From: Octopus sinensis
Taxonomy: Eukaryota
DNA length: 64,000 nt
NCBI RefSeq assembly: GCF_006345805.1
Contig: NC_043005.1
Location: 6,944,001 to 7,008,000 of the forward strand
Direction of reading: 5' to 3'
Below are positions 51,330 to 64,000 of the stretch, piece by piece (the stretch's first letter is position 1; every line of letters begins with the position of its first letter). The position numbers and the translations under genes are program-made. A model generated the notes under the pieces. It searched no databases. It was not told where the DNA came from and was given only the letters and a program-made list of their open reading frames with translations.

Positions 51330-52990
51330 CTCAGAGTGTGTTTCTGAGAGCTGCATATCAATGCCTCAGTGCATCCTTTCAGATCACTTTCATTTCTCTG
51401 CGGTGTTGCCATTTTCACATTGCAGTTGCTCAATTTTTGTTCTCCATCTTGTTTCCTAAATATTTTTGGGTGTGTCACATTTTCACCAGGTATCATGCTA
51501 TTTCAATGAGCAACAACCAAAGGTTCAATCTGTTGTTTGATGTACCATACCAGATTGTTTACAACACAGATCTTGCATCCTGTGACACCTCTTCCTTCCT
51601 TGTTTTCTAGATGCATGCTATCTATCCACTTTTAGGGTTCACTGTCAACATTTTCTTGGTCTTTCAATCCATTTCCTCAAGCTTTGTTCAGCTAACGACA
51701 CCTGTGCCATATCACATCAAGGGGACAGCCCATTTATCCATTGCCCTGATCTTGTTCTTTCCATTGAGTCTACTCTCCATAATTAATTTGATTCTCCAAA
51801 GGTATTCTCACCTAAAACTTTCCTTCATCTCAATCTCCATGGTTTTATCATACTCCAAAATACCCAGATATTTGTATCTTTCCACCTCAACATCCTTAAT
51901 TCTCTCACTATTGGGTAGTTCTGCACCATCAGATGACAAAACTTTGCCTTTTTTATGATAAACACACCACACTTATTAATCTCAGTTTCCATCCTGATAT
52001 CTTTACTGAGTATCTGCCCTGTCGAAACCAGACCATCTATTCCATGCTTACTCTCAGCGAAGATCTTTAAAACATCCATATACAACAGGTGCTTTAACTT
52101 TTCTCCACTTTTCAAGGTGTACCCTGATGTCACTTGCAGCAACATCTGCATGAGGGGTATCATACAAATCACAAACAGCAATGGTGACAAACTATCTCCC
52201 TAAACATTCTTCTCCTGATGTTAGCTTCCACATGATGTTAACTCTGTATTCCAATTCTTCATTAATCTAATAAAATTCAAAATGTTATCAGACACCTGTA
52301 CTAACTGGAAACTTTCTAAAATCCAGGAATGGGGGACAATGTCATAAGCTTTCTTATAACCAATCCACACAATACCCAGATTAGTATGTCTTTTCTTACA
52401 GTTGTTGAGTGTCAATCTGTTCATCAGAATTTGATCTTTTGTCCCTCAGCTTATCCCCCGCATCCTTTCTGTTCCACTGACAGCTTATCATTCACTTCAA
52501 GTCATACACACAATTAGATATTCCTGTCATCAACTTCCACCTTAAGGATAGGTAGGAGACTAGCCAGTAATTATCCACTGCATTACATTTACTGGGATCC
52601 TTTTGCCAAAGAACCGTTTTCCCTGTGGTCATCCACTTCAGGGTTTTCACCCATTTGTTCATCATTTCATCTATCTGTGTAGCTATTCTTTCATGTAATC
52701 CTAGGTCATTTTTTAGTTAGTATCCTTGTATCCCATCAGGACCTGACTATTTCCAGTTTGGAGCCTTCATTGTCTGTTCAGTCACCATTTCAATTGTTAT
52801 TCTAATATCATTTTCACTTCATTTTTCTCCATCTTAATTGTTTCAACCATTCAGGATCTTTCTTATGATTGTTTCTGTTATCCTGGATGTCACTCCAAAA
52901 TCTCCAACTTTCTTCAGCGTCAGGTTTTTCACTGCTGCTAACCTTTCTGTTCAGTTGCTGATAAACCCTTTTCAGATTCTGTTGGAACAA
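51330..52990 (-). mobile_element. R4/Dong-like LINE RT remnant
   Basis: NLGIVWIGYKKAYDIVPHSWILE, LSPLLFVICMIPL, HLLYMDVLKIF, DIRMETEINKC on the minus strand. Confidence 0.85.
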
Positions 52991-53034
52991 TCTACTGATC
53001 TTATATTACAGTTCTATATCTAAGAGATGAGGAA

Positions 53035-53280
53035 TTATGTACATTACTTACAATTGACAGATATTTGTCCTCATCTTGTTTTGGCTGATATACCTTCCAG
53101 CCTTCTTCAGGTGTCTTGGGGAAATTTGTATTTTTCAAAAAATACCTTAGGAATGAGAATCCAGGTTCGAAATTTCCCCAAGACACCTGATGAAGGCTGG
53201 AGGGTATAGCAGCTGAAACGTTGAGTTAACAACAAACAAGATGAGGACAAATATCTGTCAGATGTAAATAATGTAAATAA
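53035..53280. mobile_element. Fold-back element with divergent hammerhead motifs and probable TSD
   Basis: Arms 53041-53127 and 53170-53275; flanking direct repeats tgatcttatattacagttc (52996) and tgatcttatatagttc (53281). Confidence 0.8.
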
Positions 53281-53396
53281 TGATCTTATATAGTTCAATT
53301 CTTTGATCATAGCTCTTAATTTTTGTAGCTTTAGCCTGCAACATTCGTTTCAGTTTCAATCTGAAACAAAACTGAAACAAACAGCAATTACTACTG

Positions 53397-53437
<41 letters not shown>

Positions 53438-53439
53438 GA

Positions 53440-53772
53440 GACCCCTTTCAGTCACGACACAGACTTTGGGATTGCGCCTAGAAACTTACCTTCTCAGGCA
53501 CAAGTCCGGGCAAGGTTGTTTATGGAAGACCAGCAGTCACCCATGCATACTGGCCTCCCCTCTCCATGCCACCGGTGTTATCCAAGGGAAAGGTAAAGGG
53601 GCTGATACAGCTTGGCACCTGTGACGTCACAATTCATTTCTGCAGCTGAGTGAACTGGAACAACGTGAAATAAAGTGTCTTGCTCAAGAACACAACACGC
53701 AGCCCGGTCTGAGATTCAAGCTCACAACCTCACGATCGTAAGTTCAATGCTCTAACCACTGAGCCATCACCT
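53440..53772 (-). mobile_element. SINE family C body with a different 3' tail
   Basis: gcagctgagtgaactggaacaacgtgaaataaagtgtcttgctcaagaacacaac...ctaaccactgagcc. Confidence 0.72.
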
Positions 53773-54312
53773 TCACTTATTACTACTACTACTACTACTA
53801 CTACCATTCTGATGGTGATGGATTGGCAGCATCAGTAGAACATCAGACAAAATACCTTCTGGCATTTAGTTAGAGCCCTTTACATCCTATCAAAGTTGAC
53901 CCGGCTTTTCATTCTTCTGGTGTCAATAAAGATAAATACCAGTGAAGCACTCAGGTTGATGTAATCCCCTAACCCCTACCCCAAATTTCAGATATTGCGT
54001 ATATGTTAGAAATCATTCTCCGATATAATTAAAGACCGAACATTTGGATCCATTTCTACTACATTGCTGTCAGTAATGTGTGTTTATTACATTCTATCAC
54101 TTTCTTTAAACATTGTTAAATTTTCTTTTGAATGCCAGAATATTAAGAACGTGGCTAAGTAAAAGGTGTCGCCCATCTTAGTTTGCTGTATATTGCGTCA
54201 AGAGTAATGTTTAGTGAAATGAAATAGAAATGGTAAAATAAAGAATTACAAAAGAAAAGTAGAAATGTTTAAACAATTTAATTGTAATTTTCTAAAATCA
54301 ATATGATATATA

Positions 54313-54348
<36 letters not shown>

Positions 54349-54416
54349 TGTATGTATGTACGTATGTGCATGTGTGTACATATGCACACATATACAAATA
54401 AATGTGTGTGAGCATG

Positions 54417-54447
<31 letters not shown>

Positions 54448-54590
54448 TCACACACACACATATATATATACATACATGCACATATATGCATATATATAAA
54501 ATAATTAATATATGTGAGTGTGTGTGTGTATACATATGTATGTATGTGTGTGTATATATAAATATACACACACACACACACACATATATA

Positions 54591-54804
54591 TTACTCTTTT
54601 ACTTGTTTCAGTCATTTGACTGCGGCCATGCTGGAGCACCGCCTTTAATCGAGCAACTCGACCCCGGCACTTATTCTTTTGTAAGCCCAGTACTTATTCT
54701 ATCGGTCTCTTTTGCCGAACCGCTAAGTGACAGGGACATAAACACACCAGCATCGATTGTCAAGCAATGCTAGGGGGACAAACACAGACACACAAACACA
54801 CACA

Positions 54805-54851
<47 letters not shown>

Positions 54852-55278
54852 GATGGGCTTCTTTCAGTTTCCGTCTACCAAATCCACTCACAAGGCTTTG
54901 GTCGGCCCGAGTCTATAGTAGAAGACACTTGCCCAAGGTGCCACACAGTGGGACTGAACCCGGAACCGTGTGGTTGATAAACAAGCTACTTACCACACAG
55001 CCACTCCTGCGACTATATATATACATATATATATATATACACACACACACCACACACATATATATTACTCTTTTACTTGTTTCAGTCATTTGACTGCGGC
55101 CATGCTGGAGCACCGCCTTTAATCGAGCAACTCGACCCCGGCACTTATTCTTTTGTAAGCCCAGTACTTATTCTATCGGTCTCTTTTGCCGAACCGCTAA
55201 GTGACAGGGACATAAACACACCAGCATCGATTGTCAAGCAATGCTAGGGGGACAAACACAGACACACAAACACACACA

Positions 55279-55325
<47 letters not shown>

Positions 55326-55490
55326 GATGGGCTTCTTTCAGTTTCCGTCTACCAAATCCACTCACAAGGCTTTGGTCGGCCCGAGTCTATAGTAGAAGAC
55401 ACTTGCCCAAGGTGCCACACAGTGGGACTGAACCCGGAACCGTGTGGTTGATAAACAAGCTACTTACCACACAGCCACTCCTGCGACTAT
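54591..55490 (-). mobile_element. Two tandem SINE family A copies, period 474 bp
   Basis: Units start at 54591 and 55065 and share private substitutions. Confidence 0.92.
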
Positions 55491-55498
55491 ATATATAC

Positions 55499-55545
<47 letters not shown>

Positions 55546-57461
55546 TATATATTGTGAATTAACTAAACAACAAAATCTTTTATTCTAAAGCAATCTTACA
55601 TGCCATTATAGTAAGGGGAATAGTATAGTATACACTATATTTACTATGATACTGCATAAAAAGAAGAAGAAACAAAAAAGCAGTTACACAAAACTTTCTT
55701 GTAATTTACTTCTACATAATATATACCTGGCTGTGGTCATGAAAGTGGGTATATACAGTTGTTGATGCAGAACAACAGAACATACAAATTCTGTTGTTAA
55801 CACTAAAACACATATATGCATACACACACAAACACATAGACACGTCAGGTACACATACATATGGATAAAGGCAGAGAAAGATTGATAGAGACAGCTTATT
55901 CATGCATATATCTGAGGTATATCAAGTTTCTTTCAACCTTTCTTTCACTCACACATGCATTTACAAATACCTACATGCATGTGAACATTTGTATATTTGT
56001 ACATATATATATTTGGTTGTGAATATATATATATGTATGCAATTGTAGGCACTTTTGTATTCTAATAAATAAGGACTGGCTTCATATACAGTTTTTACAA
56101 GTCTCAATGAACAGAAATGATGTCTGGAGGAGAGCCTTACTTGCATTAAGTATTTCCTTCTATCTACAACTACCAAACAGCCAAAATCAATGTTCCTTTC
56201 AAGAAATGAAGTGGCAGTAATAAGGTGCATACCAGTGTTGTTATTGTTTCTTTTTCATTGTTAAGTATTCTTCTTCTTTCAAGTGAGCAATAACTCACCA
56301 GCAGTCCACAAAGACACTTAGCTTAAAATTATAATCTTTATTGAGAAATGTGTCTTGTGTAATTATCAAAGAACTGACACATTCTTCCAACTTGTTTTTT
56401 ACAGCATCGTTTAGATAATGAAGTGTAATTAAGACAAGTGCTTAGCTTACTACTGGTGTTCAATATTTTTTCTTATTTTCTATTGGCAGAATTTTTTCAG
56501 AATTTGCTTTTTATATTTCCTCCTTCTCTCGCACAACAAAGAACAATCTATTTTCTCTTCTCTTTTCTGCTTCCTCTCATTCTCTCTCTCAGCCCCTCTC
56601 TGTTTCCTGAAAGTAGGAGATAGAAATAAATGAGAGAGTGGGTAGGTCCTTTGGTACTCAATTTCTTCTTATATATTTCCATTCTTTAGAATATCTATTC
56701 AATCTAACTAAATAAGAAAGAGCAAGTGGACATACTATGCAATTAAACACAATTGCATTTCATACTCTAGTCAATTTTTCCACCATATCTAAAAGAAAGT
56801 TACATTATGAAAATTAATTTTATAGCTTATAACACAAAATGTTATTTATTTATTTTTGTGGTAGCTTTCCACATTTAATGATAGTATTGATAAGAATATA
56901 CTCATATTAGGAGAAAGAAAAAAAGAAAAAAATTGCTATTTTATTACACATTATACTTGGGAATCTAGCAAACTCAACCTAAAGTCATAGCAATTTTGTC
57001 AATATAATATAATTTGTGCATTTCTTGGATATTTCATAAGACAGAGGCTCCCTAGAAAGTTAGTTTATATAAGCTAAAATTAGAAATATCAATCTGTCTT
57101 GGGACATGATTTTAAAATTTGGCTTTTTAATTATATCCAAATAATAAAGAAGTTATGTATCAAAAGCCATTGCTTTATATTCAATGTAAAATTTAGCTCC
57201 ATTTTTTAAAAACTTTCTAGAAACTTTCTATAACAGGTCACAAGTTACCCAGTAGTCTTTCTCAGCCAGATTTAAAATAAGTCATTCGTCATCATTAAAA
57301 TTTATAGTTTGAAATTTATTTTATTTTTAATTTTGATAAATACCATATTCATAAAAACTAAAAGGTAAACCTGAGATGGATGAAAGAAAAAGAAGGAAAA
57401 AGGAATGTTAACATTTAGACAGAGGGAACGGTACATATTTATTTTGTATTATTAGGTTCAA

Positions 57462-58140
57462 ATCATCATCATCATCATCATATAACGTCCGTTTTCCATG
57501 CTAGCATGGGTTGGACGGTTTGACTGGCGAGCTGGCATAACCGTTAGCACACCGGGTGAAATGCTTAGCGGTATTTCGTCTGCGTTACGTTGTGAGTTCA
57601 AATTCCGCCGAGGTCGACTTTGCCTTTCATCCTTTCGGAGTCGATAAATTAAGTACCAGTTACGCACTGGGGTCGATGTAATCGACTTAATACCTATGTC
57701 TATCCTTGTTTGTCCCCTCTGTGTTTAGCCCCTTGTGGGTAATAAAGAAATAGGTTTGACTGGGGTCTGGGAAGCCAGGAGGCTGCACCAGGCTCATGTC
57801 TAATCTGGCAGTGTTTCTACTGCTGGATGCCCTTCCTAATGCCAACCACTCTGTGAGTGTAGTGGGTGCTTTTTACGGGCCACCAGCACAGGTGCCAGGG
57901 GAGGCTGGCAGCGGCCATGATTGGTTGGTACTTTTTACATACCACCGGCACAGAAGCCAGTCAAAGCAGCGCTGGCATCAGCCATGTTCGGATGGTGCTT
58001 TTTACGTGCCACTGGCACAGGTATCACAACTACAATTTCCATTTGATATTTATTTTGATGTTGATGTACTTGGCTCAATAGGTCTCCTCCAGCACAGCAG
58101 GTCACGTGCCACTGGCACAGAAGCCAGTGCTAGATGTTCT
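57462..58140 (-). mobile_element. RTE-LINE 3' end with minisatellite, split by SINE B
   Basis: Tail at 57462; units about 57865-58020; remnant of the ORF2 end near 58070-58110. Confidence 0.85.
57526..57752 (+). mobile_element. SINE family B nested in an RTE 3' UTR, 9-11 bp TSD
   Basis: ggtttgact(gg) at 57517-57525 and 57753-57761. Confidence 0.92.
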
Positions 58141-58189
58141 GAACTGCTAAGCTGTGTGCCTATGTAAGGATGTCATTCATCAAAAGTGT

Positions 58190-59480
58190 GTGTGTAATGA
58201 TAATAGCATTAGTACTGAAAGGAAGGGGACAAAGAAATGCTACTATGAGAGGTTGTTGAATGAAGTGAAAGCATGGAAGGAAGAGGGGCTACGTAGCCCC
58301 AACAGAGGGACCAGCTTAGATTTCAATTGCTATGTGGTTGAAAGGGCCACTAATGATATGAAGGAAAGCAATGCAACTGAATCCTCAAGGATGGACACAG
58401 AGCTGCTGAAAATATCTGGTAAGATAGGCAGAAGTGAGTCATTTGTATAGTTAGGGAGATGCTATCCTCAGTGACTGGCATAGAAGAAGCATCTTTAACT
58501 CTTTTGTTACTGTATTTATTTTGAGATGCTCTGTGTTTCTTTCAATTACTTTAAATATGACAAAGAATTTAGTAAATTAACTTAGTTATCATTCAACTAG
58601 TGTTAGGAACATAAATTGTGACTAAGGTTTAGTAGAAGATTTTAATACAAGACTTATGAAAACACGACATTTGTACTACAGAACCAGAGCCGGTTTCAGT
58701 CAGGTTGGTAACGAAAGGGTTAACTGCTACAAGAGCAAAGTAGATGCTCTAGAATGGTGTAAGTAAAAGAGTAACATGTTGATGGATCAGATAATGAAAG
58801 TAGCAGTAGAGAATTAGCTTAGATGAGATGTAGCTTGAGTTTGAGTCATGGTAAACAACTACAGAAGCCCTCTTGTTAGTGATACAATGACAGGTAAAGC
58901 TATTAACTATCTTTGATCTGGAGAAGACTTTTGAAAGGATAAGCTGCTCTAAGGTCTGATGGTCACTTAAAAACTTGGTGTAGATGAATGGTTTGTGTGA
59001 TCCTTCCAAGTCATGTACAAGTGTACTGTTTGCAAGATATGAGTTAAGAATGAGTTTAGCAAAGAATTTAGCATCAGGGCTTGGTTCTTAGCTCTTTACT
59101 TGTTTACTATAGTTCTCCAGGACGTAACAGAGGATTTCAAGACCAGCTGTGAATGGGAACACCAGTCAAAGAAATGGAAGGAAGGTTCCCAATGTAAAAG
59201 AACAGCCTTGAATCAAAGGTCTAAAAGTCAATCCTACAAAGATAAAAGTTTTAGCAAGAAAATATTTAAACTTCTGCTGGCATCTGGGAAGTGATCATGC
59301 TTGATATGCAGTTAAGGATGTAGAAATTTTATATTGTCTACCAAATATGTGTACAAAAGATATTGTGGTGTCATAGATAAGCTGCAGAGAAGAAGGATTT
59401 TCTAGATAGAAATTGCACAGTTATAGCTGGGAGTAGGGAGTTCAGGACGCTATTCCTATATTGCCAATAAAGGGATTCTT
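58190..59480 (+). mobile_element. Decayed RTE LINE RT remnant
   Basis: VERATNDMKESNA...ELLKISGKIG, then after the MITE CYKSKVDALE...MLMDQIMKV. Confidence 0.65.
58495..58722. mobile_element. piggyBac-type MITE
   Basis: TTAA|ctcttttgttac ... gtaacgaaaggg|TTAA; interrupts the RTE remnant. Confidence 0.75.
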
Positions 59481-60562
59481 TCTCTGAGTAACAGATTGTC
59501 TGATGCATGTGTAGAAATTGTGATACTAAACGGAAATGAAACATGTGCATTAATTATGTTGGATGGGGAAAGGCTGGTTTGATAGAGGTGAGTATGCATC
59601 TGTTGATGTGTAATGTTTGGAATATGAATGATGGAATATAGATAAAATAAATGGAAATATGCCTACAGGAATCAGCTCTAGGCTACACAAGAGAAAACTG
59701 TACTGGTACAGTCAAATGAAACTGCACCTGTTACAGCTTACTTACAGGTACAAAGGGTTAAGACTAAAAACATGACATATTAAGGTCTTTTCTTATGTTA
59801 TCCACACTATCTTATATTCTTTCTTGAGTTACAACTTGTATTTCAAAATACTAATTTACTCTTCTTTCTTATCAGTCACTTTTAAAACTATTCTTGACTT
59901 GAATTCCACCTATCTTTTATTTATGTTCAAGGATAAAACATAAAACACAAAATATTAAATTTAAGTTGGAAGTTATTGAAATGGATTACTATTGCATTTT
60001 TATCATTAATTTTCCTTTCATACTTACCACTGCCTTGGTATTGAATGTGTTTTGGTTTTGTTGTGAAGGGGTCTGTGTGAAACCTATGGTAACATAAAAT
60101 GAACTGCTGCTTTGAGTTCTTTGTTTTTGTTTAGGATTTGCTGTGGAGATTTTAGAATTGCAAACAAAATTGATACAATACTTGATGAATTTAATGTATT
60201 GACATGAATAGTGTAGAAGCATTATTACAAGCAGGAAAAACAGTGAGAAGCAAAAGTATTGATGCGGGCATTCATTCTTAACACATTTTTCACACTGAAT
60301 TGTGAGAATGGCTCTTTGCTGTAATGTGTCATATCGGAGAATGACTTCTCACAACAGAAGATGTGAAAACAATAACATTTGCTCCGAGGTACTTAAGAAG
60401 ATCACTACACCTGGTGCTTTGGCATAAATGTCACTTTTCAGTTGTAGACACTACCCATTTCTTTAGAACTACATGAGGATGCTACTTCTGTCTATGGGAA
60501 TCAGTACAGAAAATATTTTTTGATGCATGAAGATATTTGCAAAGCTGAGATTAAATTATTAC

Positions 60563-60778
60563 AGGGGGATAAACATAGAGGGGACAAACAAGGACAGACA
60601 AAGGGATTAAGTCGATTGCATCGACCCCAGTGTGTCACTGGTACTTATTTAATCGACCCCGAATGGATGAAAAGCAAAGTTGACCTTGGCGGAACTTGAA
60701 CTCAGAATGTAACAACAGACACAAAACCACTAAGCATTTCACCTGGTGTGCTAACGATTCTGCCAGCTTGCTGCCCTG
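60563..60778 (-). mobile_element. SINE family B, diverged
   Basis: Reverse complement of family B. Confidence 0.82.
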
Positions 60779-63279
60779 AGAATCAAAATATTGATGTATG
60801 CAATCATTCTTAGGAGAAAGAACTTGATAGAAATGAATGCACTCATCAATATTATAATTCCTAATAGTTTTGTCTTTTATATTTGTGGCATGTTTGTGTT
60901 AATACCCTTACCAATGCTGTATTTCTTGCTTTATGTTTTCTAGACACTTCCATCCATTTAGACAACTACCTGTTGCTTTGAATTCATTGTAATGCATCTT
61001 TGTTAATTCTTTGGACTTTGGTTATTGACATGTGCAGCTTTTCCATTTACAATTGAGACTTTTGGTTGGACATTCAGGTTTGGTTAATGTTTCTAAACGT
61101 CCCTTGTGCTGTATACATTCCTTTTCTAATATATGTTGCAGCTATGTCATGTACTTGAGTGCAAATTTCAGTTATTACAACCAGACATCAATGACTGATG
61201 TCTGTTTGTTGGTGTTAATTGTGTTAATGAAAGCAATTTAAGGAGTTAAAATATTTCTTAACATCTTGAGAAACATCGGAAATTTTAGAAAATCAAAACA
61301 ACAAAAATAATATTTTATGATAATAAATTCTTTTCTTGAATGAATTTGTTTAAGAATGAGAAGAAACTGCTTAGTAATAGGGTAAAGAGTTAACTGAAAA
61401 TAGTGAACACAAAAAAATCATATGTTAGGGTATAAGGTAAATATGCTTAATTTGTCAAATACAGCTAAGATGAATTAGGGGGAAACTATGAGATAACTTT
61501 AAAAAATGATAGCAAGGAAGCAAGAGGGGAAATGGTATAAGCTGTGGGAAAACGAGAAAATATGAAAAGGAAGAAAAGACTAATCAAAAGTGAGAGTGCA
61601 AAGAACAAAGCAAAATAATTACAAAATGAATAAATTAAATGCAAAAGCCTAAAGGTTTAATGGTGAGGCTGGTGGTAGCATAATTGCTACTTAAAAAATT
61701 GCTCTGATGGTTATTGCATATGGGAATCTTATCTGAAGGAGTATTTTTTTATTTGACTACAAGAGGTACAGACAACTTTTTATGAGAAGTGAACCATTTG
61801 GGACTTGGCTCATCATCAGACAGGTTGCACTTCTAAAAGGATTCAAGGCAAATTCAGAAAGTCCCACAGGTCACAGGTTACAGTATTTCCCACAACTGGA
61901 CTAAAATGTCTTTTATTTGTCTAAAATTTGAAAAGTTTAAACAAATCTTTTGCAAGGTGCTAGCCCTCTGCCAATGTAAGTTATCAGTTAGTACATACCA
62001 AAACCTTCCAAAATGTTACTATATGAGAAATAAGGCCAAAAATTAACAAAGTACCAAATCTCCTCACCTTCTTCTGTTGTAGCCAAGATAACCAGTTTTG
62101 TAAAATTGGTGTGTAAGAAAATTGATCTAGATGAAGATTGAGTTACTCATGTCATTTTGAAAGTGCATCAATCAATAGCGTTTATTAAACTTGAGCTGGA
62201 ACAATCTATTTGTAAGTGAAAAATTTCATCAAAGGCCTAGTAATATTTGTGGTCTTTAAAAAACTTATTAGAAGCAACTAAGCAGTCATAACATATCAAA
62301 TATTTAAAGACTAAAGCAGTTTACGACCAGAAGAAACAAACTCTGAAACAACCTAAACAGTTTGTGAAAGGGAAAATCAAATTTTAAAATCTCTGCCAAT
62401 GACAGGATCAGTAAAGTATAAAGAAAGTAAGCTTAAAACTGCTGTAATGTGTGTAGATTATATTTTCATGTTTTATTGAAAAAAACATTAAAAAATTATA
62501 AATTATTAAACAAAAATACTTATGTATGGAGGATTACAAGAAAGAAGTCACTACTCTGAGGCAGCAATACAAAGGTATTTACATCCAAATGCACTCCAAT
62601 TCTAGAATCTTTCCAAAAAAATAGTTTTATACAGCCTATATATCTATATATACTTGTGTAATAAAAAACAGATGAATGGGTTACCTGGTATTGCTACATA
62701 AACATAATGCAGCCGGGTATGATGTGTAGACAACATCCTTAAAATCATGTGGCTTGTATATTTGGTAAACCTGATGAGTTGAGAGTTGCATGATGTATTT
62801 ACATACTCTTATGGATGTTGTGCATACTGCTTACCTGATTCTACCATGCTTACATTACAACAAAGACTCTTAATGAAACTATTGTAGCAGTACCACTTAA
62901 ACCATTTGTTTGTTTTTATTATGTATTTATGCCACACCTAAGGTTCCATTTATCTTTGGATATTTTTGGGTAATATAAGATGATCTCTTTATGCTGGAAT
63001 AAAAAGGAAAGAAAAATTGAAATAGATTAAACTAAACTTTCGTAATAAAAATCTCAAGGTGCTACAATCAGAAGAACACAAAAAAATACAGCACCATAAG
63101 ATTTTTATAAGAAAAGTATATGAACTATCATTTATTTCAATTTCATTTATTTCAATTTTTCTTTCCATCTTATTTCAACCAGAAGAGGTTGTCTTAAGTA
63201 TCTGAAACCAATACATATTTTCTTTCTGTTTTTCCATGGCAATTCCTTCTTCTTCTTAATTTTTCAATATACATATATA

Positions 63280-63330
<51 letters not shown>

Positions 63331-63331
63331 G

Positions 63332-63405
<74 letters not shown>

Positions 63406-63608
63406 ATATATATATATGATATATATGATTTTTAATGTCTTTACCCCCATACTTTCGTGAGTTGAGTTGAGCAAACACTATATGAGAGAGGTTTTCTTTA
63501 AGTATTAGAATAGTTTTAAAAAAGTTCTTTTAGCTACTATTTCTAATGAGTTCAGTATGCGGCAAAGTAATTTATTTACTAAGCCCTTTTATATAATGTA
63601 ATAATTTG

Positions 63609-63660
<52 letters not shown>

Positions 63661-64000
63661 CTATTTTTGTAAATCTACGTATGTGTTTTGATTCTTCAAT
63701 TCTCTTCTGTGCAGGTGTTTTTGAACTTATATTTAAAGGAAAGTTATATGTGTGTCAATAGTTCAGTTTAAAATAATGTCTTTTATTGTCAAGTTTATAT
63801 GAAGTTATAGAAATCAAATAAGAGATGGAGTGTGTGAAAGAAATTTGTTCCTCTTACTCAAAAAGTTGATCAGACATTTCAAAAATTAGATTACTATGTC
63901 TTCCAATAGAAATCTTTGTGTTGTTTTTAGGGTTCTGTCTGTGCAGAAAGAAGACATCCTGATTGAAAGTGTTGGATCTATAATTACATCTAAAGTTCTA

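Larger units (their letters stand above)
56141..62770 (-). other. Candidate minus-strand exon set (62770-62685, 62126-62068, 56321-56299, 56195-56141), unidentified
   Basis: Canonical AG/GT boundaries with strong donors (AAG/gtgagg, CTG/gtgagt, CAA/gtaagg, CAG/gtaacc) and a phase-compatible stop-free join; no homology recognised. Confidence 0.2.

Noticed and set aside
60130-60560. ICCGDFRIANKIDTILDEF, faint Gypsy RT or exon candidate
   Set aside because: Similarity too weak and frames stop early; cannot be supported either way.

Overview
AT-rich eukaryotic DNA with very dense microsatellites. The SINE/LINE repertoire is what I recognise from coleoid cephalopod (octopus-type) genomes; this is inference, not a database result. 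No host protein-coding gene could be identified with confidence. Almost all listed ORFs are microsatellite artefacts or transposon remnants, and only weak candidate exons remain. The window is a transposon graveyard: about 14 copies of a tRNA-headed SINE with an internal (AT)n/(GT)n tract (family A), about 9 copies of a shorter SINE with 9-18 bp target-site duplications (family B), a third SINE (family C), many 5'-truncated RTE LINE ends carrying a 62-68 bp GC-rich minisatellite, R4/Dong-like LINE remnants, a DD37D Tc1/mariner, Helitrons, piggyBac-type TTAA MITEs, and very decayed Chapaev, Gypsy, Copia and Penelope pieces. The most interesting signal is a set of minimal type-I hammerhead-ribozyme motifs. 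One has an intact core (37540-37584), two sit at Penelope-like termini, and several are built into short fold-back elements where each arm carries a hammerhead reading outward from the centre (23127-23607, 31821-32013, 48517-48608, 53035-53280). Also notable are an RTE copy with twin-priming inversion geometry (42094-43096), a permuted R4-like element (5330-8810) and an exact 474-bp tandem SINE duplication (54591-55490). Repeat boundaries are approximate (about +/-10-50 bp) unless motif-defined.
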